From contig NC_043011.1 of the NCBI RefSeq assembly GCF_006345805.1, positions 29,772,464 to 29,836,463 of the forward strand: a stretch of 64,000 nt of DNA, in the 5' to 3' direction. Within the stretch, counting starts at the first letter, position 1; every line of letters begins with the position of its first letter. The notes below the pieces were generated by a model. That model did not search any database. It was not told where the DNA came from and was given only the letters and a program-made list of their open reading frames with translations. The position numbers and the translations under genes were made by a program. Source of the stretch: Octopus sinensis. Taxonomy: Eukaryota. This document shows positions 1 through 13,566 of this stretch, piece after piece.

Positions 1-110
1 GGTGGTAGTAGTAGTAGTAGTGGTGGTGGTAGTGGTAGTGGTGGTGGTGGTGGCAGTGCTAGGATAGTGGTAGTGGTAATGGTGGTGGTGGTGGTTTTGG
101 TGGTGATAAA
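1..110. repeat. (GGT/AGT)n microsatellite
   Basis: Direct reading. Similar tracts at 11885-12170, 12770-12900, 13190-13320, 26160-26230, 55080-55140, 55620-55680, 57030-57160. Confidence 0.9.
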
Positions 111-276
111 ACTTAAAATTCAATATCTTCTTTTCAAATGATTTGATTTGATTTGATTCGATATGAATTCAAAATTTTATTTCTATATTTCCCTAATTAT
201 TTATTCATTTTTTAATATACTTATTTCTTTTCTCATCATATTCTTCTGTCTAAAATAAAATGTAATACAATCACAG

Positions 277-339
277 GAATATGCTCGATTACATCCACAA
301 AGATGGAACAATTTCCTTCAGGATATTTCTCAAGCTTTT
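277..339 (+). CDS. Candidate internal coding exon (phase 0-0) of an unidentified gene, EYARLHPQRWNNFLQDISQAF
   Basis: Acceptor aatacaatcacag|G, strong donor TTT|gtgagt, 63 nt open in frame 0, protein-like composition, lies in non-repetitive sequence. No family recognised. Confidence 0.55.
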
Positions 340-682
340 GTGAGTTAAATGTATGTTTTAAAACTAAATAAATAAATAAAAGAATTTTGATAACTAATTC
401 TGATCAACTTCTTTATTACTGAGTAAAACTAAATAACTAAGTCTTTATTATTAAGCTACCCCAAGCTATCAATATATACTGCTAACTATAAAGCAGGGAA
501 GATTCTGTGTTGATGCTTGAACTGCTAGAAATAATGGCCAAAATTCCTATAATGAACCAATGAGGAAGACTATGTGATTACTTGAAATACGATAAATAAC
601 AACTAAAATTCCTTCAAATTTTTCACTTAGATTTTTTAAAGACAAAAAAACAAAAATCATGAATAGTGTTGTCCAAGGAACA

Positions 683-1298
683 TGGCTGTGTGGTGAGAAG
701 CTTGCTTCCCAACCATATGGTTCCAGGTTCAGTCCCACTCCATGGCAACTGGGGAAAGTGTCTTGTATTATAGCCTCGGGCTGACCATAGCCATGTGAGT
801 GGATTTGATAGCAGAAACTGACAGAAGCTAGCTGTATACGACCCCATAACTTAGTGGTTCAGCAAAAGTGACCAATAGAATAAGTGCTAGGCTTACAAAA
901 GTCATGGGGTCGATTTCTTTGACTAAAACCTTTTAAGGCAGTGTTTCAATATGGTGGCATTCAAATGACTGAAACGTGTAAAAAGATGAAAGAATAAAAG
1001 AACATATCAGATAAATGGGATTTGGTTGGTCACTGGATGGGAGAATTGTTCTGTCAGCTAACCTGGGGCTGCTAGAAATAACTAAAATTCCTTCACATTC
1101 TTCACTTAGACTTTTTTAAGAAAAAGATTTCCAATGGTGTTGGCAATCAGATAGAAGTGGTATACTAAGTGGCTGTGCCTTCTACTATAGCCTCAGGCCA
1201 ACCAAAGCCTTGAGAGTGGATTTGGTAGATGGAAACAGAAAGAAGCCTGTCATATATATGTGTATGTATATGTGTATGTATATGTGTATATATATATA

Positions 1299-1331
<33 letters not shown>

Positions 1332-1515
1332 ATATGTTTGTGTGTCTGCATTTGTCCCCCCAACATCACTTGACAACTGATGCTGGTGTGTTTTCGTCCC
1401 CGTCACTTAGTGGTTCGGCAAGAGAGACTGATAAGAATAAGCACTAGGCTTACAAAGAATAAGTCCTGGGGTCGAATAGCTTGTCTAACTGACTGAAACA
1501 AATAAAAGAATAAAA
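683..1515 (+). mobile_element. Two family-A SINE copies (683-1000, 1168-1515)
   Basis: Co-linear with 18975-19383 by eye. Confidence 0.75.
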
Positions 1516-2061
1516 AAACCTTGAATAGTGTTGTCCAAGAAAGGAACATAATACACATGCTAAAAGGGGTTTGGCTGGTCATTGGATGGAAGAATGCTTT
1601 TGATCATAGAACTGTTCTGTCAGTACTGACCTGTGGCTAAACAACATCTTCAGGATGGTGGGCTGGAAGAAACAACAGAGCAGTGAATAAAATGACCGGC
1701 AGAATTTAATTATTGTCATTTACGTTTTCAGTTGAAATTTTCCTAGGGATGATTTCAACTTTTTTTCTTATTCTCTTTAAGGTGGGAGGTGGGATGAAAT
1801 AAAGTTTATTAAAAATTCGATTACCTAAATGACATGGGTAGGATGCAATTTGCACAGATAATTAATCCAATCATAAATAAACAAAGTTGCACAAAACATA
1901 ATTCCTTCTTTTTGAAAAATAAGCTGGTTTACAGAGTTTTATGAGTTTTAAACCATTGTACTCTAGTGAAGCCTTTGTCTCTTTTACACTGCAATCCAAA
2001 AATTTAATTTTTCTGTTTGATTTCCAATGGTGTTGGCAATCAGATAGAAATGGTATATTAA

Positions 2062-2293
2062 GGCAGCAAGCTGGCAGAAACGTTAGCATGCCAGGCAAAG
2101 TGCTTAGCAGTATTTTGTCTGCCGTTACGTTGTGAGTTCAAATTCCACCGAGGTCGACTTTGCCTTTCATCCTTTCAGGGTCAATAGATTAAGTACCAGT
2201 TATGCACTGGAGTCGATGTAATCAACTTAATCCCTTTGTCTGTCCTTGTTTGTCCCCTCTATGTTTAGCCCCTTGTGGGCAATAAAGAAATAA
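2062..2293 (+). mobile_element. SINE family B, full length, ~21-bp TSD
   Basis: ggcagcaagctggcagaaacgttagc..gagttcaaattcc..gtcgactttgcctttcatcc..ccccttgtggg; flanked by agatagaaatggtatattaag / agatagaagtggtatactaag. Confidence 0.85.
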
Positions 2294-3169
2294 GATAGAA
2301 GTGGTATACTAAGTAACATACTTTTATGTTCTGATTTCAAATCTCACTGAGGATGGTTTTTGTTCATCGTTCTGAGGTTGATAAAATAACTGGTAGTTTA
2401 CTGGAAGTTTTTCTTAAACAAATATAACCCTTTCTCAAAATTTGTTAGAAATGAATACAATATATTGTTGTATTTCGGGATGTTCATTTATTTTTCTTTT
2501 TTGCCAAGTAAACACATGCACTATATATTTTTTTCTTCACTCATTTATTACTGTTCTTATTTTATTATTTTAACTCATGTCCAATGTCCAGAAATCTTTT
2601 GTCACACATCTGTGACCTCTTCAGTGACACTTTTCATTTTCATGTGTGTTCTTACTTCACTTACTCCGTTCTGTTCTTCTAAGATATGTATCCTTATGTG
2701 CACATGTGTATGTGTGTGTGTGTGTGCATGTGTGTGTATGTGTGCATGCATGCTTATGTCTGTGTGTCATAGTTTTTGGCAGCAGTGTGACCTTCCCATC
2801 AGCACCATGCTCTCACCGCATTGTGCTGCAGCTGTATTAAACTCGGAAAAAATACAATATAATCATCTCTGTTATTGAGGCTATTGATCTCACTGTCAGA
2901 GATGAAACAGCATAAAAATGTGCACTAAAAACTGATGAAAGCACGAAGCCCTTTACTCTTCACTGACAGTGCCATACCAAGCAAATAACACCACATGGCA
3001 TGCAAGTCACCCAACCAAGGAAAGGCCAAAATGTCAAAAATTTTTAAGAGCAAGTCATTCGTGCATTTCTAAGAAAATGCATAAACTAATATGGCTGGAT
3101 GAAGTAGAAGTTATAAAAATTAATGGTGTTGATGTAATTATTAAAAAATTGTATGTTCCATCTTTAAAG

Positions 3170-3420
3170 ATCAGGCTGCTTCCCAGCCACATGGTTCTGG
3201 TTCAGTCCCACTGCTCGACACTTTGTGCATGTGTCTTCTGCTATAGCCTCAGGCCAACCAAAGCCTTGTGAGCGGATTTGGCAGAGACAAACTGAAAGAA
3301 GCCTGCCATGTGTATGTGTGTCTCTGTGCCTGTGTGTGTGTCCCTTATCACTGCTTGTCAACAAGTGTTGGTGCATTTATATCTCCATAACTTAGCAGAC
3401 CAATAGAATAAGTTTCAGAC
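3170..3420 (+). mobile_element. Family-A SINE
   Basis: Head, CORE-like box and truncated tail. Confidence 0.75.
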
Positions 3421-3559
3421 AATAAGTGTCTTGTGACAGCTCCTCTGCATCCTCCAAGGTGATGTTGAGCCTTTGAATCATCTTCCCTGATCATTCCAGC
3501 CATCTGGTGCAGGGTGTTTTAAACATAAAGTTTATATTAAAAGAGTTTAATAAAATATT

Positions 3560-3772
3560 AATTTCTATTATTGGCACAAGGCCTGAAATTTGTGGGAGGG
3601 GGTAAATTGATTACATTGACCCCAGTGCGTAACTAGAACTTATTTAATTGACCCCGAAAGGATGAAAGGCCAAGTTACCATTGGTGGAATTTGAACTTAG
3701 AACGTAGTGGCAGATGAAATACCAGTAAGCATTTCGCCCAGCATGCTAACGATTCTGCCAGCTTGCCGCCTA
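3560..3772 (-). mobile_element. Family-B SINE
   Basis: Reverse complement of family-B motifs. Confidence 0.75.
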
Positions 3773-5523
3773 AGAATTAAATAAAATAATATTCTATTAA
3801 ATAATAATTTTTCAAGTGGTAAGGAAGGAAAATGTCATAAGTGGAAGGCACCAAAAGCTAGTATCATAGAACAAGGAGTGATTGCTGGTGAGCTGAATCA
3901 AAAAGGATAAAGTCATCAACATCATCATCATTGTTTAACGTCCGCTTTCCATGCTGGTATGGGTTGGATAGTTTGATTGGGGCCTGGCAAACCAGTGGGC
4001 TGCACCATGCTCCAATCTGATCTGGCAATGTTTTTACAGCTGGATGCCCTTCCTAATGCCAACCACTGTAAGAGTGTAGTGGGTATTTTTTAGGTGCAAC
4101 AGCCCAGGAGCCAGTCAGGGGGCTCTGGCATTAACCACATTCAGATGGTGCTTTTTACATGCCACCAGCCCAGGAGCCAGTCAGGGGGCACTGACACCGA
4201 CCACGTTCAGATGGTGCTAGCACCAAATATGACTCTAGTGTGGTTAATGTTAAAACTGGATACAGGTGCAATTGCAGGTAAGTAAAAAAGGTAATGGTTA
4301 CCTTTTCAAGTCATGACAACTTATAAGGGATGGCTTCCTAGTTTCTATGGCATATAAATTCCCCACCTGGATGTGACATCAGTCTGTCACAAGATCACTC
4401 CCTTTTGCCTACCAGATGAACTGGAACGACATGAAATGAAGTGTTTCGCTCGAAAATACAATGCATCACCCAGTTCAGGAATTGAAACCACAATCTTATA
4501 ATCATGTGTCCAACACCCTAACCACTTAGCCATGTACCTCCACTGGGCATTTGCACAATAATTGGTATCAAAATTGTTAATTCTGTACAATTCAGATTAA
4601 TCTGTCAAATGTAATTCTTATCTATTCACGTTGCTTTGATTTAATCTTGCACTATCCTATAATTTTGAGATTTCCATAATGTGATTCTTTATTTTTAGAA
4701 TGGTAGGTGTGAGAAGCGAGATCTGACCAGTTTTGTGTGTGTGTGTGTTCTGTGTGTGTGTGTTGTGTTTATGTGGTGTGTGTGTGTATACTATGTGTGT
4801 GTGTGTATTGTTGTTGTGTGTGTGTGTATATATGTGTGTGACAAACAGACACTGTCTGACCAGCAGGCACACGGACACATCTATTCACACCCGCATACTC
4901 ACCTCCCAATAACCCCAAAATCACTGATGCTTGAAGGGGAAGTATAAACCAAACTGGGTACATATCTTTTTTTCTCTCAATTCAACTTTTCTGCTAAAAC
5001 AAACAGGTCAGTAAAAAACAAATTCTCGCCTTCGATTCAAAATATTCTGAGATGTCTAAAATATCCATTTTAATTTTCTCTGTCAATATTACAAGCTTTC
5101 TCACCAAACTATTACACTTCCTTATGTCTTTAACATGTCCTTTCTACCAAAGACTGTATATATATACATGTAATGTGACAATTTGCAACAACCAATAATT
5201 AATGCAACCAAATTTCCAATAATATATTTGTTTTATTCTTTTCTGCCAATTTTTCCAAATATTCTCATCACACTATTGAACTTTTTTATACTATATTTAT
5301 ACATGTAATGTGACAATTATGTATAAAAAAAACATTTTTGAATTCATAATATTCAATGTGACAATTATGTAAAAAACTTTTTTTGAACCCATAATATTCA
5401 ATGTTACTTTTGACAATCTTTTACCAAAGAGTGAAACCGGTTAGGTAAATAAACATCGTTTAAATTGCATTTTCAAACCTTTTTTCATATATAATCCCAC
5501 TCGTGCGATACCCCACAACTCAA

Positions 5524-5621
<98 letters not shown>

Positions 5622-5639
5622 TGTATGTATGTATGTATG

Positions 5640-6175
5640 TGTATATGTTTGTGTGTCTGTGTTTGTCCCTCCAACATCATTTGACAACCGATGTGTTTAC
5701 GTCCCCGTAACTTAGCAGTTCGGCAAAAGAGACCGATAGAATAAGTACTAGGCTTACAACAAATAAGTCCTGGGGTCGATTTGCTTGACTAAAGGCAGTG
5801 CTCCAGCATGGCCACAGTCAAATGACTGAAACAAGTAAAAGAGTAAGTAATTTGCTCAGTTTTACCCTTCAGCAGTACTTACTCTATCAGTCTCTTTTGC
5901 CGAACCACTAAGTTACGGGGATGTAAACACACCAGCATCGGTTGTCAAGTGATGTTGGGGGGGAAAAACACACACAAACACACACACACACACATACACA
6001 CACACACATACACACACACACATACACACACACACATACACACACATATATACGATAGGCTTCTTTCAGTTTCTGTCTACCAAATTCACTCACAAGGTGC
6101 CATGCAGTAGGACTGAACCTGGGACCTTGTGGATGGTAAGCAAGCTACTTACCGTACAGCCACTCCTATGCCTTT
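5640..6175. mobile_element. Two family-A SINEs tail-to-tail (5640-5830 +, 5870-6175 -)
   Basis: The 3' halves are mutually reverse-complementary. Confidence 0.8.
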
Positions 6176-6499
6176 CAACTTTCAACGTGTAAATTCGTTT
6201 TTTAGATGTAATATTCATTTTAGATGTTATATTCTTCTTCCAATATTGATCTGAACAAAGATCATAGGAGGAAAGAAATAGTTTATAGTCTTTCATTTGA
6301 TCTTTGATACACACACACAAACACACATACATGCAGGCTGATGCATAAAAAAATTATTTTTGATTTAAAAAATTTATTTCTTTTTACATCAAATGGATCC
6401 ACCTTGACATATATTAGAAAATATCTTATAGAAATTATAACTAATTGTACATGTTCACTTCTAAAAGCAGGACTTTCACCTGCTCCAGTCATGAAATTG

Positions 6500-6749
6500 T
6501 GGGCATGGCATGCTGATGTACTGCCTTGAAAGGTTTACTTGAATAGATCGGGCCTGGTATTTATTTTTAAAAGTATTTTACTTATTTTATTGGTCTCTTT
6601 TGCTGTACTGCTAAGTTACAGCGATATACACAAACCAACACCAGCTGTCAAGTGATTGTGGTCAAACACAAACATAAAGACACACACACATATATATATA
6701 CACATACATCTATGTATATCTATCTATCTATCTATCTATCCATCCATCC

Positions 6750-6813
<64 letters not shown>

Positions 6814-6909
6814 TAGATAGATAGATAGATAAATATATAGATACAGAGACAGACAGACAAACAGATAGCTAGATAGATAGACAGATGCAGAGACAGACAG
6901 ACAGACAGG

Positions 6910-6982
<73 letters not shown>

Positions 6983-7130
6983 GATGGGCTGGGCTTTTCT
7001 CTGTTTTCATCAACTAAATCTTTTTACAAGGTTTTGGTCAGCCTCTGGCTATCACAGAGGACACTTGCCCAAAATGCCACACAGAACTCAGTGAGATTGA
7101 ACCCAGAGACACTTGTTCAAGGTATCATGC
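6500..7130 (-). mobile_element. Family-A SINE split by an expanded TA/GA/GATA tract
   Basis: 3' half 6500-6700, 5' half 6985-7130. Confidence 0.65.
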
Positions 7131-7459
7131 TGTCCCACTGCATGACACATTGGGTAAGCATCTTCTATGACGAACAATGTTCTTGTCCTAACAGTCATGA
7201 ATTTTTGTATATCAAGGATTACATTGTCAAAAGCTTTCTTCTTTATTTAAGACTGCTTGCAGAAAGTGAGTAACCTGTCAGAGGTTATGAAATTAGTTTC
7301 CTGTATCTTCATTTGATATATGAATAGAAAGACTAAAGGCTATTCAACATATCAATTGAGGCTTGTGCCAGCAAATTAGCACACATAAATGGGTCACCCC
7401 CCCCCCACACACACACACTGATATATATATAGGTATATATTAGATCATCATCATGGGAA

Positions 7460-7790
7460 GGCACATGGCTCAGTGGTTAGCATATCAGGCTCACAATCAT
7501 GAGGTAACAAGATCAATTCTCAGACCAGGCTGTGCATTTTGTTCTTGAGCAAAACACTTCATTTCACATTGCTCCAGTTCACTCAGATGTAGCAATGAGT
7601 TGCAACGTCAATGGTGCTAAGCTGCCTTGGCCTTTTCCTTAGATAACATCGGTGGCATGGGGAGAGGTGGCTGGTATGCATGGGTGACTGGTGGTTTTTC
7701 ATAAACAACCTTGCCTAGGACTTATACTTTGGAGGATAAATTTCTAGTTGGAATCTCATGGTCATTCATGACTAAAGGGGGTCTTTACCA
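7460..7790 (+). mobile_element. SINE family D (acatggctcagtggtta..ttgagcaagacact..gctccagttcactc)
   Basis: A box and shared body. Related copies 15700-16060 +, 16085-16220 -, 38525-38690 +, 48925-49225 -, 4290-4545 -, 62050-62300 -. Confidence 0.75.
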
Positions 7791-8179
7791 TTTTTGTATT
7801 ACCATCAGCATCACTTAGCATCTGTTTAAACCCCTGAAATGAATTAGATGATTTGAGCTGAAGAACTGCCTACGCTCCCTTTTTTTGTTCTGGCATGGTC
7901 TTTATGGTTGAATGCCCTTCCTAACCCCACTATGATATATATATATAGTAAGTCCCCCCAAAAATGAAGAACAAACACAAAGAAACAACAACGCGAGGAC
8001 GTGGTACATGTGAAGTATTAGCAGATGCTGAAGGAAAGAAAGAAAGGTGGTTTTATATTTCAAGCAAAGCTCTTCTTCAGAAACAGAGGAAAATCCAATA
8101 GAAAAGGAAGAAGGAGGGGAAAAAATTGCCAACGAGTAACAGATTTTGTGATACTTTTGCTGCTTTTTAATAAAGTATA

Positions 8180-8490
<311 letters not shown>

Positions 8491-8944
8491 TTTGTATGTA
8501 TGTAAACAGTTGCGTACAGAAGTGCTGAATGCTTAAAATGGATAGGACTTGTGGAAGAAGGAGACCCAAAAAGATCTGGGATGAAGTATTGAAGGGAAAT
8601 CTCAAGACATTTAGCCCTACAAAGGCAAAGGAGATGACAAACAACCGAGATATCTGGTATCCTTGATGCACACAAGAAAATTCTCCACCTTGTTATGTTT
8701 GAAAAAACAGGTTGGGCTATGAATGATGGCGTGTGTGTGAGTGTGTGTGTGTATGTGTGTGTGTGTGTGCGTGTGTGATGGAAAATAGTTCTCAAGCAAA
8801 ATTAAAGGAATGATTTCATGAAAACTTATCTGCTATTTCTAATAGCTCAGTTGACTATGTTGAGACTGGGCTGTTTGTGGTAAGTGCAGGAAATGATAAT
8901 GGAAATAGTTGACTAATTTAAGAGAAAGAGAAAGAGAAAGAGAA

Positions 8945-8990
<46 letters not shown>

Positions 8991-9024
8991 AGAGAGAGAG
9001 AAAGAAAGAGAGAGAGAGAGAGAG

Positions 9025-9081
<57 letters not shown>

Positions 9082-9379
9082 TGGGCGAGACGAATGTAAT
9101 TTTGGAAGATGTGAATCAATCTAGTTGAAAATTATATCTAGAGGCTAAACTGAAAGCTAAATGGCAGGTGTTGCTGTTACTGGTTTGAAACTGAAGACAA
9201 CAGGATACATACCTGTAAAATGATAGGATGAGCATGGCTAGAATGCCCATCTCATCTTTGAACATAAAGCTACTGAATGAAAGTTGACCAGAGGATAAAT
9301 ATCCATAACAATAATAATGACATCAGTAACAAACATATGCTTCTTACAGAATTTGATCTCTGTAGTGACTCCTTGGCCA

Positions 9380-9900
9380 CCTTCTTCCATCCGTAAAGGT
9401 ATTTTACCTTATCCTCTAAGCTGTTTCTCCAGTTATATTCCTGCATTCAAGATTTCCTTCATTTCTAAAATACTATTCCTCTTATTATCTTGAAGGGATT
9501 GAGAATGACAATGTTGGGGAGTGATCATCTCTATCACTGTTTCAAATTTTAGCACAGCAATTGTTACATTCTAAGCAACAACATAACACTGTTTCCAATT
9601 CCACATACAGGGCAAAAATCTAAAACATTAGGTTCTACATCATCCTCAATAATAACTTAGCTCCTTTCAATCTAGCACTCACAACTTTCTCCATCTAGCT
9701 GAACTCATTGTCACTGCTGTTAATAGTTTCTTCTTCTCTGGTGAGTTCTGTTTAAAAATTACTAAGGTGGCCATGGGAACAAAGATAGGTCCCACTTGTG
9801 CCAACCTCCTCATGATCATTTACTGAGGCTTAGATCTTCACCCAGATCTCCAGGCCTACCCTTGAATTCTATGGTTGATTTGTAAATAAATTTTGTGTGA
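9380..9900 (+). mobile_element. Decayed Penelope-like element (PLE) reverse-transcriptase fragment
   Basis: 9689-9814 translates LHLAELIVTAVNSFFFSGEFCLKITKVAMGTKIGPTCANLLM, matching the PLE RT motif L.EL.L..N.F.F.G..Y.Q..GVAMGT.MGP.YANLFM. Flanking degenerate IPH..G and FYG motifs; stops and frameshifts. Confidence 0.75.
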
Positions 9901-10710
9901 GTTTGTTAAACATACATTCAGTCAAGTCATGTAAGAGATGGTGAAAACAGTAACTGGCCAAGATATTAATGATGATGATGACAACAACAATGATGACTAT
10001 GATGATGGTAATGATCATGATGATGAGGATGATGATGAAAATGATGATGATAGCAATGCTGTTTCTGTGACGTGAAGATCTTCTTATACCAATAATCAGT
10101 TAATCACGTTCCAGTTTTCTCTTATAAATAAATACATAAAAAAAAACAAGTGATGCATAAAGAAAATGTATGAAGCTATAAGTAGCATCTTCTCCACATT
10201 TGCTGATTTTTTTTGCCTGTTTTTGTTATTGTAACTCAGAGTTTTAAGATCAACTTAGAAATCTCAAGGAATATAATAAGCACCTAAACTATTTCTAAAC
10301 TTAGACAGGTTGTTTAACATTAAAAACAATCAATCTTTTTCATTTGTGTCTTTATTGAATGTCTAAGTGTCTCAGAAGAAAATGACAAAAACAAAAATAA
10401 ATAAATAAAGAAAGAAAGAAGCAGAAAAAAAGTTCCAGACTGATTAATGCTGGAATTGACATTTTCAAAGTCCTGTGTTTATAAGGCACATACATGCTGA
10501 AATATTACCTTACTTCCAACATGTCCTTTAGTAAGAACATTGACATTCAGCTAGGTCGATCTTTGTGAAAATCTGTTTTTCAATGATCTTGTAGTGTGTT
10601 ATGCTAAAAATAATTCTGACACCAAAACAATTTCTTCTCTACCACTTAGAACCAATATGAAATGGAATCATGTTTTGTTTCCAGTTTTCACCTGATGTTA
10701 TTCTGCTTAG

Positions 10711-10788
10711 GCGGATAATCTTGGGAAAATGCAGACCTTCCGCAATATCCTGTTTCCACCCACCTATGGTTTTGTTCTTAATTGTTAA
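10711..10788 (+). CDS. Candidate terminal coding exon ADNLGKMQTFRNILFPPTYGFVLNC*
   Basis: Acceptor ctgatgttattctgcttag|G in phase 0, compatible with exon 277-339. TAA at 10786-10788 is followed by ~600 nt of AT-rich unique sequence with AATAAA hexamers near 10933 and 10978. Confidence 0.4.
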   Translation, partial: ADNLGKMQTFRNILFPPTYGFVLNC

Positions 10789-12128
10789 ACATCAATTATT
10801 TTGTTAATTGAGTATTTTGATGGAAACTTATAATAAATTTATGGTTTCTGATCTTAATGCTGCATTTGAAAAATTAATATAATTACAAGAATAAGGAAAT
10901 AATTATAGCTACCCAATAATTGAAAATGTAAAATAAAATATATTTATTCAATTCAAAATTTATTAAATCAAAAAATTAATAAAATTAGATGAAATTACCC
11001 CATGTTTTAAATGTTTCAATTTACAAAATTTAAGCAAGAAAGTCATAATATAATGCCCAATTTTCACAATTAGATAGCTAAGTCCTTTTGGCAGTGGCTT
11101 GTAATATTTCTAACTTTGTGATGCACTGAAAGATCAAACCACAAGTTGTTGCTTCATTTTGAATGGAAAGTTAAAAATTGCTTGTGTGTTGGCAAAGAAA
11201 TTTAAAAAAAATTGTTTCAAAGTTTTACATTTAGGAAATAAAAATAGAAAACTAGTTTATTTTGTTTTATTCATCTTTTTTTGTGAATAATAAAATTGTG
11301 AGTCACATGTTTTTTTCATTATGATGAAGCATTAGTGAGAATTCTCTAGACTTGAATTATATTTTTAAAAATCTGTAGTGCACCTGGATACCTCTTGCAA
11401 TGTACTAATGCATTATGGTACACCATTACATTATGGTGTATCTGTGCATTGTGGCACACCATTAGAGTATCACTGCCCAATAAAATTCCTTTCTCTGTGT
11501 CAAGGTAAAAGTCTGGTATCCTAGGAAACAGATAATTTTCTGTTTTGGCAATAATTAGACCCCAGGAAGTGTCTGATAAGTTCAGTTAGTATGAGGAGCA
11601 TAGAATCTTTTGTTTCTCAGACTTTGTTCTTTCTTTTAAGATTGAAGAAAAGAAAAAGTGGTTTTGCATGTTGGGCTGTTAGTAAGTAAAAAGTATTTTG
11701 TTTTTTCATCTTGTTAGATGTCTCTCTTATTGCCATTTGCCAAAGGTGAGGATACATGTCAACCCTGGTACTTATCTTTTAAGCTTTTTTTAAAAAAAAA
11801 AATTCTGATACTTGAGCAAGACACTTTATTTCACATTGCTCCACTTCCCTCAGCTGTAGAAATGAGATGCAATGTCCCTGGTAGCAGGAGTAGTAGATGA
11901 TTTGTAGTAGTAGTAGTAATAGTAGTAGTAGTAGTAGTAGATGTTGTGTAGTAGTGGAAGTATTGATAGTTTGCTGTATAGTAGTTGTGATAGTAGTAGT
12001 AGTAGTGGTGGTGGTGATGGTGGTGGTGGTAGTGGTGGTGGTGGTGGTAGTGGTGTCAGTAGTAGTGGTGGTGATGGGGGTGATGGTGGTACGCCTATCA
12101 GTGGTGGTGGTAGTGGTGTTAGTAGTGT

Positions 12129-12168
<40 letters not shown>

Positions 12169-13219
12169 GGTATACTGTCTTGTAGTAAGTATAGGACATT
12201 GGTGACATTGGCAGCAGTAGTAGTGTTAACTAAATCGACATGGATGTGATGTGAGGTGTTTAGGAAGTAGTGCAGGAATATTGTAAATCTCTAATTAAAT
12301 TAATAATTATTCTATTCGACTGAATTCCTCGTAAATGAGAATCATAGCCAAAGGAAAATTAGTCTCAAGAGATTTGAAATAACACCTGATTAATACAGTG
12401 TTGCTCATAAAAAATTCCACCCCCAGCCCCATATATGTCCCTTTCTATCCTTTCCCTCCTCCTACCTTACCTGGAAGGACATCACATTACCAACACCTCA
12501 CACACTTTCTATTATTTCTTGTATAACAGTTTATTCCTTTGTGGCTCTGTTTGACTTTGTCGCATCATAAAAAACAAAAATCTCCCTACTGGACTTGATA
12601 AAAACCGTTGTTGTCATAGTCTTTGCTAAACATAAATGTTATGACCAATTTTATGACATATTTTATGACTGAGATAACACCTTTCAAACGTAATTTTAAC
12701 ACTTTTTCGAGCTCTGAAGTATGATTTATCTCAGCAATAACAGCAGCAGTGGTAGTGATGACAGCTGCTGGTCATCGTCGTTGTCGTCGTCATTGTCATC
12801 ATCATCACCACCATCACCATCATCATCATCACCATCACCACTCCCACCACCAACACCACCACCACCACCACCATCATCATCATAATCATCATCATCATCC
12901 TTATTATTCAGTAGTCTTATTTTTATTACATGCTTTCATTGCACTACTGAGTGGTTTGTTGTGGTCTACTTATTTTCACTGTATTGAAAGCGCTTTATAT
13001 AGGATGTGTGCAGTGTCTGGTAGTGTTATATGCACTTGTAAGTCCTGATGTTTTAGTTATGAATTTGTTTGAATGTTTCTTTATCAAACCCAATGCACCT
13101 ACTATTATAGGAATAGTTTCTGTTTTTCGGCTCCACATTCAAGTTACCTCTATTTCCAGATCTTTGTATTTTGAAAGTTTCTCAGTTTCTAATATTATTA
13201 TTATTATTATTATTATTAT

Positions 13220-13267
<48 letters not shown>

Positions 13268-13275
13268 CACTACTG

Positions 13276-13318
<43 letters not shown>

Positions 13319-13420
13319 CAGCCATTTGCACATTCATTTGATGAGTAATCTGTACCATTGATTGAATCAAGTGGAACCCTCATTGTCAAAACAGATGGGG
13401 TGCATCTATACATACATACA

Positions 13421-13498
<78 letters not shown>

Positions 13499-13566
13499 TA
13501 ATTATATATATTCAAGCCCATAAGGAAGCCAGTTACTGGATTTTGTCTTCGAGAAAATTTTTCTTT

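Noticed and set aside
10509-10763. Minus-strand two-exon reading WVETGYCGRSAF...TKIDLAECQCSY*, superficially cystine-knot-like
   Set aside because: The upstream acceptor has no polypyrimidine tract, too few cysteines are present, and it overlaps the better-supported plus-strand exon.
12531-12570. YSFVALFDFVAS, resembling an SH3 start
   Set aside because: Immediately followed by a stop; no further SH3 motifs.
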